From: Tubiluchus corallicola
Lineage: Eukaryota > Animalia > Priapulida
Assembly (NCBI GenBank): GCA_030141605.1
Contig: JAQGDQ010000017.1
Coordinates: forward strand, 558,001-622,000
Length of the DNA: 64,000 nucleotides
Direction of reading: 5' to 3'
Numbering within the stretch: position 1 is the stretch's first letter; each line of letters opens with the position of its first letter. The translations under genes were made by a program, and so were the position numbers. The notes under the pieces are model-generated. The model saw only the letters and a program-made list of their open reading frames with translations. It was not told where the DNA came from and made no database searches. Shown here in pieces: positions 27,209 through 39,450 of this stretch.

Positions 27209-28334
27209 CTAAAAAGCAAAAATATTTTCTTAAGTTAGAACTTAATAACACAGTTTTTTGCATCTGTTGCTTTATTGGATAATGTATTAGGCTACACACA
27301 CTAGTAGTGCAATTCCTAGCATTCAACCATTTCTCCTTATTTCTCCTGTACATTGCCAAGAACCAATATTCTCAGAGCATCTTGGTGCCTCAGACACTGT
27401 CCATAATTTAGTATTTATTTTCTTAAAAATATTTACTAAAACGGTATCGCAGAACATAAAACAGTAGCGCAGAAAAAGTTGAAAATATTAAACACAGTTG
27501 TAATAAAGGAAGGCACTCTTTAAAGGGGCAGAACCATGTTTCATAAAGCCTCTACAAGCAAAATTAATATTGTGACACTTTTCAACCTTGCAAACAGAGT
27601 TCCTTAGAATAAAAGAAGCAATGAGTTTCCAGGTCTTGTTCAAAAGTGAAGTACTGTCCTGTTTCAAATTTCTTATCATTTTATTACGTGGACAATAACA
27701 TGTATCATACTTAACATAATTAACCTGATGGCCAATTAACTGAAGGAAGTGCTGAAAAACTGTGACCCAACTGGAACAAACATACGGACAAACAGAAGAA
27801 CAGACAGATGCAACTTAACACATAAACCATGTTCTGAGTTACTATCTGCAAGAGTAACTCAATGAAATCTGAAATATCATTCTGAGTCACTATTGCTTAA
27901 CCATCAATCTTTTAGTTGCAGCAAACAGAAAAATACTAATTTAAAAGTGCCAATTTAAACATTGCCGCGGCATTCAATTAATCCAACACGTTTTACAAAC
28001 AAATACAAGGTGAAGGGGACTTCACTGTTAGTCGACTAGAAGTGGGCTGTTCAGAATGATTACAAGACACCTTTTCTGCTAATAAGACAGCTGTAAACTA
28101 ATATTTCCTTACCTGACAATGTACGCCATCTCACCTGATACTTGTAGCATTGTAATCCAGTGACGCTTAACATGAATGCAAATTATACTTATAACATAAC
28201 TTTTATATGATAATTTTAAAAATTCATGAGTTTACTTATTTTCAACTTGTGACACTAAGCAAAAGTTCTTTAAAGCGTAAACTAAAACCACACAATCAAA
28301 TTTATTACAAAAATGAAAATGTAACTAAAATCAC

Positions 28335-28455
28335 CTCTACGATTTTTTGCTTGCACTCAGAAAGTTCATAGAAAATATCACGATGTACCGTGAGTAACAA
28401 CATACATGTAGTGCAGGCTTGATCTAAGTACGAGATATGAGCATAGAGAAAACCG
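28335..28455 (-). CDS. MON1: MON1 exon 5
   Basis: GFLYAHISYLDQACTTCMLLLTVHRDIFYELSECKQKIVE; CAG acceptor, GT donor. Confidence 0.9.
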
Positions 28456-29380
28456 CTGTAAATATAAAAGTACACGTAATTAGAGAATAAATTGACCTTT
28501 TTCACGATTTAAAAAATCTCCCATGGAAGCAAAAACATTCCAAAGACAGACTAAAAAGTAGACAGTATAAAAATATAAATATTAGTTATGTATAGTGTGA
28601 AATAAAGCTGTATTATGTATCTTACTGCCTACTCGACTTTTACTAGCGTAGTAAACTAAAAGCGTAATTGGCAATACCAAGTGAGAATTGAAGAATGTAA
28701 GGGAAATTGTACAATTATTTAATAAAAATATTAATTTTTATAAGAATAGTCAGATATTAATATAGATTTACTTAAACAGTCATATGAATTACAACATAAA
28801 TGAAGCCAGTGACAATCAAGAAATTACACATGGGATTAGTGTAATCGATTCACCTTTTATTTCAGCATTAAACTGGCATGTAATTCATATAACTATAAAA
28901 AAGATAAATTACTATACAAACAGAAATGCACAAAATACTAACTCTACTAATTACATGTAAAGGATGTCTGCAACCAAATTTTTTGAGGTATATCGTATAT
29001 GAGATTCATTAGCAATATTTGCTATCACAGCATTGCCAGATTGTACAATTCTGGTTAACAGCCTGTAATAAAATTGCGTCATACGTGAATAAAATCTAGT
29101 TGAGATCAGTCTACCTGCATTTGAGATGCACTGCAATCATATTAAAATTTAAAGTTTCTCTATACCATTGTTGAATGGTATCCCAGGTTTCTCTAGAACA
29201 TATTTGTCAAAATTAACCCACAGTGAACAAGAATAGAAGGTACGACAGTAGCTTTTGAACAGAAAGGATTCAACATCAGTAGAACAATTACTAAACTTCC
29301 TTATTATAGTATTAAAGTAGAAATAGATGTAATACATAAACACGATGGAATGTCGATACACAAATGTTAAGCCAACTGAC

Positions 29381-29559
29381 CTCGCATCAAACTTCGGCAA
29401 GCAAATTGGCGACCAAGTTTCACCAGTGACAAATGAAGTCGTTGAAGCATTGACAAGATTCATTACTAAATGAAGGTCACTCGGGTGAAGAGAATATTTC
29501 TTCATTCTGACTAGCGCCACTAGCTGATTGTCTGCGATAACGATTGCAAACACCAAATC
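29381..29559 (-). CDS. MON1: MON1 exon 4
   Basis: [50 protein letters not shown]; donor GTCAGT. Confidence 0.93.
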
Positions 29560-30240
29560 CTATAAACATGAGTTTGCAATATATTTTTCAATTCCCTGTG
29601 TAGCGACACAGTTTGAAAAAATATGGCTAGGTTTTGTTAGTTCATTTATAATGTTAATAGATAATGAAATCATAGATTACATGTGATGTAGCGACATCTA
29701 CTGATAAGATAGCAAATGCATTCTGGGCTAGTACCCTTTAGAATTTACAGAAACTCTTCAAAACATACACAGAGAATATTATAATTCACTGTTTACATTA
29801 TGCATAAAAGTAACAGTTTTTTAGTTCTAAAGTTCTTGTCACAGATGGAGATAGATCACAATCACAGAAATTTTTTCCCATAAACCGTATGACACATCAT
29901 AATTTCATTAGCCGAGATTGAACAAATTAACTTTCTTCATTTTTTTATGATTAGGAAATACAAGTAACTGGTAGTCATACAGTTAACTAATTTTGTTGCC
30001 CCTATTATATGGTATTAATACCAAACAATACCAAATTTAACATTTGCAATTATTAGCTACATACCTGTGTTTAAGGTGCCTAAATGGTCAGAAGACTGAT
30101 GTCTTTAATGACATTTATAAGGTATCTGACCCAAACACTTAGAAATTGATGTATACTAGATCATTTAAAACTTACCAGTTCTAACAATAGCCAGGTAGTT
30201 TCACAATAACTTACCTTTTGGGGGGCAACTAAAACAAATA

Positions 30241-30600
30241 GCTACTACTGTTAAGGCAGTAATCACTGCCACTACCACTGTCACTGCCACTGTCACTAGC
30301 ACTATCAATGTCACTAGCACTACTACTATTTCTACTACCACTACCACTGTCACTGTCACTAGCACTACTACTACTATTGCTACTACTACTACCACTACCA
30401 CTGTCACTGTCACTAGCACTACTACTACTATTGCTACTACTACAGCCACTACCACTGTCACTGTCACTAGCACTACTACTACTATTGCTACTACTACAGC
30501 CACTACCACACTCACTGCCACTAGCACTACTACTACTACAGCCACTATCACTGTCACTGCCACTAGCACTACTACTACTACTACTACTATAGCCACAGCC
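30241..30600. repeat. ACT-based minisatellite with a 54-bp higher-order unit, in MON1 intron 3
   Basis: Unit CTACCACTGTCACTGTCACTAGCACTACTACTACTATTGCTACTACTAC(T/A)..CA starts at 30341, 30395 and 30449, with degenerate copies on both sides. Confidence 0.9.
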
Positions 30601-31239
30601 CTAACAAAATCCAGTAACTACCACTACTATCATTACTATTACTAAAACAACAGTACTGCGTAGCATATATATCTAACTTGCCATAAATGACACAACTTAA
30701 TACTGTAGTACTGTAAAAACAGTAAAAAGCGTGAGCTAAACTTTGTGAATTGAACTTCAAATCTTTGTTTGCAAATGGATACTTTTGCAATACAAGCAAA
30801 TTATGCAGGTTAAAGATTGATAGTAAATTACGATTTTAATTTTTAATCATTGGTAAGCTGTCAGTGGGCGGCGCGTCACTATTTAGTGGGCCGTTGTACA
30901 GGAAGTCAAACTGGCAAGCAATGGGCTGTATTAAAAATCTTGTCTGTATTTAACAGCATGTACAAGAACCTACATATTTATCAGCACCTTTATTACTAGC
31001 ACAAATTATATCACTTGTTGCGTTCTCGCAAACATTTCCAGCACGCATTAATTTTTACAGTAATTTTTTAGTAAATTGCAATTCTGATTATTAAATGGCT
31101 GGTTATCAATAGCACTGACAATAACTCAAATCACACACGTGTATTTTTTAAAATTTACTCTTAAATTGATAATATTTCTGCCATATAAAACATTGTTAAG
31201 TTTCACATCAAATATAGCAGTAGCTTTAATAAGCCGTTT

Positions 31240-31592
31240 CACAGTTTCGTTGTGTACACGAGCAGTTGTTGCAGGTCAAAAGTTAAGTGTACCACAGCAA
31301 CGCGTCTTAACTACAACCAACACACGACATGTATGAAAAGCAAAGCTGTCTTCCAGCATCAGTTTAGTAACGTCAGTTGTCTTACAAGGACTTAATTATG
31401 CATTAGTGTGAATGCAGAGTGATTCACTAGCAAGATTTTACCTGGGAACAAGAAAAATTAACTAACTAAGGTACTAGCTATCTGTTGAAACTGTTAGTAT
31501 TACAATAGCTTGGGCTAAGAGGTATTGTCAAGTAGCTTGGGCTACGAGGTGCTGTCAAGTGTATACAAATGCCTTGTCTGGTACACTTTGAC
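31240..31592 (+). mobile_element. Dispersed repeat family A, copy 1 (element with internal inverted repeats)
   Basis: Colinear similarity to 53645-53920 (GGTCAAA.GTTAAGTGTACCA, CTTAATTATGCATTAGT, TGTCAAGTGT..ACAAATGCCTTGTCTGG). Confidence 0.75.
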
Positions 31593-31617
31593 ATTTAGTT
31601 GTATTAATTATACATAC

Positions 31618-32056
31618 CTTAACCTTGCCATACTGCACAATACTTTGTGCTATGGTTTCTCTCACTGTACTGTTCAAAGGCAAACACCGTACAGCACTGA
31701 GCAGAAAACACGGATCCACGTCCATCGAGTTCAACAAATAATCAATAAACTTTTCTGCACCACTCAGCAGTCTCCGCAAGTCGTAGTTCTGACGCTGTTT
31801 GAAGATCTTGTTCAGTTGCGTCACTGTCAAAACGCTGAGAATTTGGTTATAAACGTACGTCAGCTGGACCAATAATTGTTGCATGGACTCGGGCGTTGCC
31901 GATACTGCAACGAGAATCATCGGACCTCGGCTGAGAAAGACGAATTTGTGATCACCGGTAATGATACAGCGAATGCTGTCATTGCTGTCCTGTACGAAAG
32001 ATACGAGGGCTTGCATAACACCCATCACAGTTACTAGTTTCTCTTCGTTGCCATAC
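31618..32056 (-). CDS. MON1: MON1 exon 3
   Basis: YGNEEKLVTVMGVMQALVSF..QLTYVYNQILSVLT..QRQNYDLRRLLSGAEKF..VRCLPL; longin domain 1. Confidence 0.95.
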
Positions 32057-32093
32057 CTATAAAAAATATCAAATTCATACTGTTTATAGAAGG

Positions 32094-32536
32094 CAGGGCT
32101 GTGGAGTCGGACTCGGCAAAAAATTTATTGCTAAAGGAGTCGGAGTTGTTAAAACTTAGGGTTTTGGAGTTGAAGTCGGGACTCGGGAGTACACTCACTG
32201 TTAGAGGAGTCGGTGTTAGAGTCGCCAAAAACAGACTCAAACTCAAACTCCAAGTAATTTTAACATTTAGCGCATTTATGCATAATGTCCCATTTTGGGA
32301 TGCTTTCGTATCACTGTCTATGCAGCTAGGCTGTTTTCGAACATAAGAAGTAGTGATGAAATGCCACCGTAACTAAATATTGAGAGCACTACAAACTATT
32401 ACTTAAAGGCAGGAGTCAGAGTTGGAGTCGGGAGTTGGGACTCTTAACATTTTAGGAGTCGGATATGGATCTAAAATTCTAGGAGCCGGAGTCGGAGCCA
32501 GAGTCAGGAATTTAATGTACCGACTTCTCAGTCCTG
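32094..32536. mobile_element. hAT-type MITE with GGAGTC subterminal repeats
   Basis: Imperfect TIR CAGGGCTGTGGAGTCGG / CCGACTTCTCAGTCCTG; 8-bp flanks ATAGAAGG and ATAGGAGC (6/8, decayed TSD). Confidence 0.75.
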
Positions 32537-33437
32537 ATAGGAGCACTTATTAAACTAACATGAATCTTATCACTTCACTCACTGTATTTTTATTGATACC
32601 GGTACTTTACAACTAGGTATACACTCATACATAAGATTTTGCAATTAGTCACAGTAAAATATTATCGTATTTGAATGTACTATTTTTATAGAGAATGCCA
32701 AGATTTATGCAGTATAAGTGTATTATTATATCATGCTTAAAATTTACTTATTACCTAATTTTGTATATTCTGGCCACAGTGTAAAAATTTAGCCTTCACT
32801 CTACAGACAAACAAAATTCATAGTTGCGCTTTAGTGATTTTACAAAAATTGTTTAGTGATTTTACAAAAATTACAAAAAATAGAGCATCAAAGATTTAAA
32901 GTACTGTTTGAATAGTTTGTATGGGTCGTTTATTAACTTAAAATTAGTTTACGAGCAGCTATAGTATACTACTACTAACTCTTGGATAGCTGTTAATTAA
33001 GGTGTTAGAAGATCACTCAAGAGATTTTTGTTTATTCTTTAAGGGGAGGGGGTATTATTTTGCTACATGTCAGCATGTATTTTTTCATACATAATTAAAC
33101 ACAAATTTCTTGTCATAAAGTCACTTGCTCAAAAATAAACGCAAATCTGAGCAATGACTTTCTCTGCTTGCAATGGCGTTACATCAGCATTAATTTAATA
33201 TTAAACATTTTTAATAAAATTAATTGCTAACAAAGTTGAAAACTTACCGTATAGCAATAAGTTTTATATTCATAGAAGATCCCAAATATAAAAAAACTGC
33301 ATCTTTTTCCTGAACCACTACAAGAATATTCCTGTAGATCTGAGTTCCATTCTATATGCATGAGCTATTGATATTAAAAAATTGTTCACTTCACAAACAA
33401 TCATCTAATTATTTATCTTTATTTATTATTTATTTAC

Positions 33438-33646
33438 CGAGAATAGATTGGTTTACCAGCCTCACTTAATATAAACACATGCTTTCTTTTGTTACGCCAT
33501 TCTGGATCGTTAACGATGTCTTCAGGTTCATCTTCAGCAAGTTTTAGCTTGTCAAGTGATGACGTCATCACTGCAGAAGGTTCGGCATCGTCTTCATTTG
33601 CTTCGGTTACATTGTCTTCATCAGTCTCTTCAGCTTTGAGCCGCTC
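33438..33646 (-). CDS. MON1: MON1 exon 2 (alternative acceptor would extend it to 33652)
   Basis: Acidic linker then EWRNKRKHVFILSEAGKPIYSR, a MON1 signature; donor GTAAAT. Confidence 0.92.
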
Positions 33647-34882
33647 CTGAAACTGAAAGGTACGACTTCATGTGTAAGTAGCACGTTTTCCGTAATGCGT
33701 ATACAACAGTTTGTATTTAAGCGTGTAGAAGTGTTTCCATGCGCATGTAATGCCCAAATGCGTGATCTGTATTCATTCGAACGTGATCGTTATCATCTGA
33801 ATACGCATCACGCAGCAGTACGCAGACAGGAAACTGCCATTGCCTAGATGATTATAGCAAGTTTTCATGTTTTCGATAACCATTTTTGCTGTTTAGCTTT
33901 CTGAAAAATTTTGTTAGGGCTTAGGTGAGTTTTGGTCATTTTGGAATCTAAAAACAATAATATTTTTTCTATCTGAGTTTTTGAGAGGTGAAGAAGCATG
34001 TAGATATGTGTTGCACTACTAACTGCAATACTTTCACTGAATGATTACACCTGCCACATTGTTCTTTCCCTGCAAAATGTTGTGCACCCAAGACCTCCGT
34101 TTAATAGTACAAGCAACCGAACAAAAGTCACTGAACTTGAAAGTTTGCGAATAAGAATACTTCAGTTTTAAAGAAAACCATCTGCATCTTAATCCATTTA
34201 AAATTCTAGAGTTTATTCGTTTCCACACTGCATCTTACAATAATATAACCAAAATACAGATAATTATCCAGTAAAGTAAATACAAATACAATATAGTCCT
34301 GATAATACAAGGAAAGAGTCTTTAGTAGTTATACACGTGCAAATTACAATCCATAATAATTTTGACGCATACAGATTGAATGTAAAAGCATAGCTTGACA
34401 GGCCAAACTGTATGTGGAATCTTAAATAAAAAAAACGGTTAATAAATGAGATAATAATAAACATATGTATTGATGTGGGGGAATAGTGAATGAATGATAA
34501 AATGGAGCGACAACTAAAAAACCGTGATCGTGGTTATAAAACGTTTAGCAACCTATTGAACACAGTCGTGTTTTATCAAGATTGCAGTGGAAAAGGATGC
34601 AAGTGATCACCATTATCAAGTTGTGTTACTTTAGAATTTTTATCAATACTTTCTTTTCTGAGGCTTTTTTAAAAATCGAAAGGGAGTGACTGCATTTTCA
34701 ATGGCGATTTACTCTGTTCCATAGAACTAGTCCCATATAGGTAGTGAAATGTTTTGCCATATTTGCTCTACAACGTCTTGGTATATATTCATTAAATCGA
34801 GTATTGTATCTTTTTACACATATACATACATTTAAATTAATAACATCACCCAGTAATACTATTTGACATTGCTTGTTAATAA

Positions 34883-35417
34883 TTAGATGCAGTCATTTTG
34901 ACGACAGGTCTGTCGTTTGAAACAAGTTTAGATAACACAGAGTAAAGTTGGAAAAAATAATCAGAGCATTCGTAGAGCACAAGTCACAAACTGAGTAAAA
35001 TTTTAAATTACTGCATCTTGTCAATAAGATTAAAATTATGTTTTGGTTAGTGAGTAGTGCACCCTGGAGGGTGAGCCAGTGACATTTTGCCAATTGGTGA
35101 AAACATGTTAAATAAATAAAAATTTTCTTTTCTAGTTACGTCTTTCGAGCACGTAAGCGAAAAGCTTAGTAATATAGATTCGCATGGGAAGTTTTTTGGG
35201 ACATAATTTAACATTGCCTTTTCTTCTTCTGATTTACATTTGCATAGTGACGTCATGTAATGACGACTTCGGTACAGTATTGCAGGAGATTTAAAATGAA
35301 GAAAAACAAAAATTCCTTTCAATGCGAGTACGATATATGCATAAAATTGCTATAAAGTAATATAACTTTTTAAGACGATCTTCTCCTACTTTAGGTACCC
35401 CTTTTCTTGTCCTTTCA
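34883..35417 (+). mobile_element. Dispersed repeat family B, copy 1
   Basis: Colinear with 46252-46747 (AAAAAATAATCAGAGCATTCGTAGA, CTGGAGGGTGAG, TTTTTTGGGACATAA.TTTAACATTGCCTTTT). Confidence 0.8.
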
Positions 35418-36051
35418 GCTAGAACCACGAATAGCTCAAGGTCGAACTAAGACTTCTAACAACGCCAAAGACTATGTCTGTTGTACACGGCACACGAGGG
35501 TTTCACAAACATGTACCAGTTGGCACCATGATGGACTATTACTTCATTACATAACAGCTTTAAGGAACTAGCTCAATGAGGACAAACCTTGAAGTTGAAA
35601 ATGTTGTTTAAGGGCATAAGTGTCTACCATCTCATTAAAAAAAATGGTAAAGCCTTCAGAAGATTTTTGATTAGCAACCTCCAAGCACCAAGATACTCTT
35701 TTTCTTGTCCTTTAAGCATTCCAAACTTGCACAAGAGTAAGTAAAGCCCTATAATGTTGTGCAGTAATTCAAATATGATAATATTAAACTGTTATATAAT
35801 GTTAGAAGATGTGCAGTGTTCAGGAACTTTTTAATATGAGATAATACCTATATTTTTGATATTTTCAGTCTGATCATATATATATATATATATACATATA
35901 TGAAGCCTGGTCATGCATATAATAATAAATTATAAAGTGCAAACTAAGAAAAGCTATGAGCACAAAGTAGCCGAGCCTTGAAAGTACATTACATAAGTGA
36001 ACTAGAATTATTCTTCAAGTCTTGACTGATTATTCTACTTTAAATTTCAAC

Positions 36052-36399
36052 CTGCGAAACTTTATCTACAGCTTCATCTGCTACAAAACAAGAATCTTCC
36101 AGCTCATCCACTAAATTTTCTTCTTCTGTGGACGACCTGCAGCTTTCACTATGCCTTGGAACATCCCTAGATCCTGGAATCGAGTGGCCCAGCTCGGAAA
36201 TTGAACCACTGTGATGTTTCACTCGATGAAATTGCTCGCACTGTTCATTTAAACATTCACAAAGATCTTGGAATGAATTTGTGGCCAACAGTACACTGTC
36301 CCGGCTCTTTCCAGGTGCCAGCATCGATAAAGATTCTGTAGAACTAGTTGTTTGAATTCTTTTTTCTGAATCACAACAGTTTTCGCAGGAGGCTGCCAT
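36052..36399 (-). CDS. MON1: MON1 exon 1 (low-complexity acidic N-terminus)
   Basis: ATG in CCATGG context; 116 codons to CAG|GTTGAA (weak donor); phase 0 fits exon 2. Confidence 0.72.
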
Positions 36400-36629
36400 G
36401 ATAATCAGCTTTATCCAAATTTACCACGCGGATGCAACCGATTAACTTTCAATTCTGCCTTGTTGTTGTTTTTTTCTCTCTCCCAGCTCGGTCGAGCCGC
36501 ATGCTGAATCGAAAGTCGTACATAATAATATAAATAAGAAATAAATAAAAGCACAACTTACCCAAAAATAAGAAACGGTATGCAACAAAAATATTAAAAC
36601 AACAACAGCAACAATAATAATAATAATTT

Positions 36630-37392
36630 TGAAAAAAACAGGAGTTGGGTCCGGGAAAACACCCGTCACTAAGGGTGAGCATCGAATCGAATTCGAACGG
36701 GTTTTTTAATTCGAACTCGATTCGAATCCAAAACTATAGATTCGAATAATTCAGCACTTCAATCACACATGTTCTTTATCACTAAAGCGATTGAAACATC
36801 ATACAATTAGCATAATTTAGCTGTGATTTCTGCACACAATTTTAAAGAAATTACTAGTCGTTTTATTGCAGAACAAAATCTAGTGATATGCATGATCTTT
36901 GTAAGACTAATTTTTGCTGCTGGTTCGAAAACTTGTTCGAAAATCTTTCGATCTCAATTCGAATTCGGTTTGAATTCGAAACACGGAAGTTCAGTTCGAT
37001 TTGAATTCGACCGTCGCAAATTCGGTTCGATTCGAATTTGCTTTCTGGTAGAGAATGTTCACCCCTACCCGTCATGGGACACCATAGCCCTCCTGCGAAA
37101 TCTAAATATAGCTATTACAGCCCCCGTTGAACGGGCTATCTAACCATTACTGACACTGCCCCCGGCCCATTCCGGATCTCTAGAAATGTATACGTTTTGC
37201 AAAAAGGGGCAAAAATGGCCATTTTTGGAGGTTTTTTTGGCACCCGTTCCTCTCAGTGAGCCCGATTCGAAAAATAAAAACTCCCAGATGCAAACTTACG
37301 GGTGGATACCTTTCATTTGATGTATAGATCGTCGAAAATGGCGCTGTCGTCGGACCTCGTCGGTTTTATATAAACCAATATATATATATATA
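36630..37392 (+). mobile_element. Dispersed repeat family C, copy 1, ending in (TA)n and split by a hAT MITE
   Basis: With the MITE removed it aligns to the reverse complement of 49620-49970 (GGAGTTGG, GAACGGGCT.TCTAACCATTA, TTTTGCAAAAA, AAAAATAAA). Confidence 0.7.
36670..37067. mobile_element. hAT-type MITE with TTCGAA repeats
   Basis: TIR TAAGGGTGAGCAT / ATGTTCACCCCTA; 8-bp TSD CCCGTCAC / CCCGTCAT. Confidence 0.85.
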
Positions 37393-38839
37393 TGCCAGCA
37401 AAATTAATATATACAGTAAACTTGAAATGTAGTTATCTTGTTCCTAAATTTTAATGAATGTTAACCCAGGCTAGATCGAAACTGTGCTGCTCTTTCTAAA
37501 CTGCAGGAGCATTGCTAGCTAGCCACACTAACACAGTTCAACCTACTTCTTTTTTCTGTATGCTCAAAACAGTCTACATAGTCTACTCTGTGTAGCCAGC
37601 TATTAATTTTTTTATCTTGCCTTCTTTAATCACATACATGTACTTCAGTCTGCTAGTGCACGCTAACAATACTAAAAGTAACTATGTGTGGTAAAATCTG
37701 CTAATTATTCAAACAGAGGAAACTGCTGCAAAAACCTGTCAATTATCCTAAAAGTTGCTAACTACGTTAAAAGAAATGCTAAATAACTTCATCTGTAAGA
37801 AAAAGTGCACATGTTAACCTGCACATGTTAATCTGACTATAACCAATTATATTAACTATAAGCACATTATTTAACTGATTAAATAAACTAATCACAAGCA
37901 ATTCAAATGGTTACTACAGTAATAGTTTAGCCATACTGCAAAACTGTTATTTCTCTTTTATTGTTTTTCTTACACTATAATTTGTACGTATGAGTGCGTG
38001 TATATGTGTGTGTAAGGCCAGGTTTATACATATTGCAAATTTTTTTGTGCAGCTCGTCGTTTAAATATAAAGTGGATTTTGCATAATTTCTGCATCATAT
38101 GTACAGCATGTAACATATTTTTTAGAAATCTTAATGATGATCATTAATCTTAATTGATAATGAAATGATATAAATGCGTATTAGTGGGCTTTCGAAGACT
38201 CGGGTGACAACTTAGTGTAGGGGTCTTGTGAGTTGCGATTGCGCAACGCTATTCAGGAATATACTGCCTCTGCCCAGCACCTTACCTTGAGCAAAAATTT
38301 AAGAACCATGTAAACATTGGAAGTCACTAAAAGTCATAAAATATATGGCTGTGTAACTGGCCAGATAGTTGCACCTAATGAGCTACGCATTCATGTGGGC
38401 AGCACTCCAAGAAACTGCGAGCTTTGAAACAATTTTGGAAGATTTCAGAACATGTACTATTATATAGTTATAATCTCACAGAGTTTAAAATTTTTTGCCT
38501 TTAGTTTACCCTGTTGTTTCTGAGAAGGAACTATTGAATAGACTTAATCTGGATATACGTTCAAGGAAAAAAATGAAATCAGAAGTTCACTTTGACGTAC
38601 AGTCTGTCAACATTCGAATGGTTTTACAGTACTCTGGCTTGTCTTCGCGCGAGTTGCTATGGAAATCATGTGTCTTTGGAGAACATTGCTTTTAAATCTG
38701 CAGGTACAGTCAGTTACTGTTGTTTTTTCTCCAAATAAGTATCTTGAACAATTAACAACTTTTGTGAATTTGTTAATTGCTGTAGTAGATTTTTTGCGAG
38801 GCTTCTTTATTTGTTTTAATTTCGATGCGTTATGCAAGC

Positions 38840-39450
38840 TTAGGTTCACCAAACTCACAGGGTTGGTACCCCTGGGCGGGGGACGAACAACTGTTTGGTG
38901 ACCACTTACCAAGGGAGAAGGGCAGTGGGCGTCAGTCAGTTGTTACAGATTTTTTTCACAAGCATTTTGGGTACTGTGGAGTAGATGTGCACTTGGGGTT
39001 TTAAAAGCTCGAGAGGGGCCAAAATGCAAAATTTGGGGTCCCCTAATTGGTGATCTTTTAGTTTTAGTGCTGAGAGCTAGTGACACAAAACTCACAGGGT
39101 ACACTCACTGGGCAAAAATTTCGGACGTGCATGTATCGCAAAATTTTCCACTAGGGGGCAAAAACTGAAAAATGTGGGTTGGGAACAGAAGTGCACCAAG
39201 TGTTGAGCAATGGTACCTTGTTGCATATCAAATGAAAGGTCTTGATGAGTCGGCATAGGTTACAATGAGAATAGTTAACCCGCGACCCCGCTAGGGGACA
39301 ACATAGGGGTCGAGGAGACGAATGTCTTCCTGTGTCGACCGAAACTAGCTTGATGTATATCATGTGAAAGGTCTCAATGAGGGAAACTGAGTGATATAAG
39401 TTATGCCAAGACTGGTTGACTTTTGACCCATAGGTGATGGGCTGAACAGT
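38840..39450. repeat. Unclassified GC-richer interspersed repeat with internal duplicated motifs
   Basis: AAACTCACAGGGT occurs twice; ATATCAAATGAAAGGTCTTGATGAG and ATATCATGTGAAAGGTCTCAATGAG form a second duplicated motif. Confidence 0.5.

Larger units (their letters stand above)
25224..36399 (-). other. MON1: MON1 gene span (vacuolar fusion protein MON1 homolog), 8 coding exons, ~572 aa
   Basis: Join 36399-36052, 33646-33438, 32056-31618, 29559-29381, 28455-28335, 27208-27069, 26350-26209, 25364-25224; all GT-AG, phases compatible, 1719 nt total. Confidence 0.92.

Noticed and set aside
30201-30596. Val-rich 131-aa and Leu-rich 94-aa ORFs
   Set aside because: Translations of the ACT minisatellite; no independent coding evidence.
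32034-32346. ORFs of 70 and 81 aa in MON1 intron 2
   Set aside because: Arise from the GGAGTC repeats of the hAT MITE.
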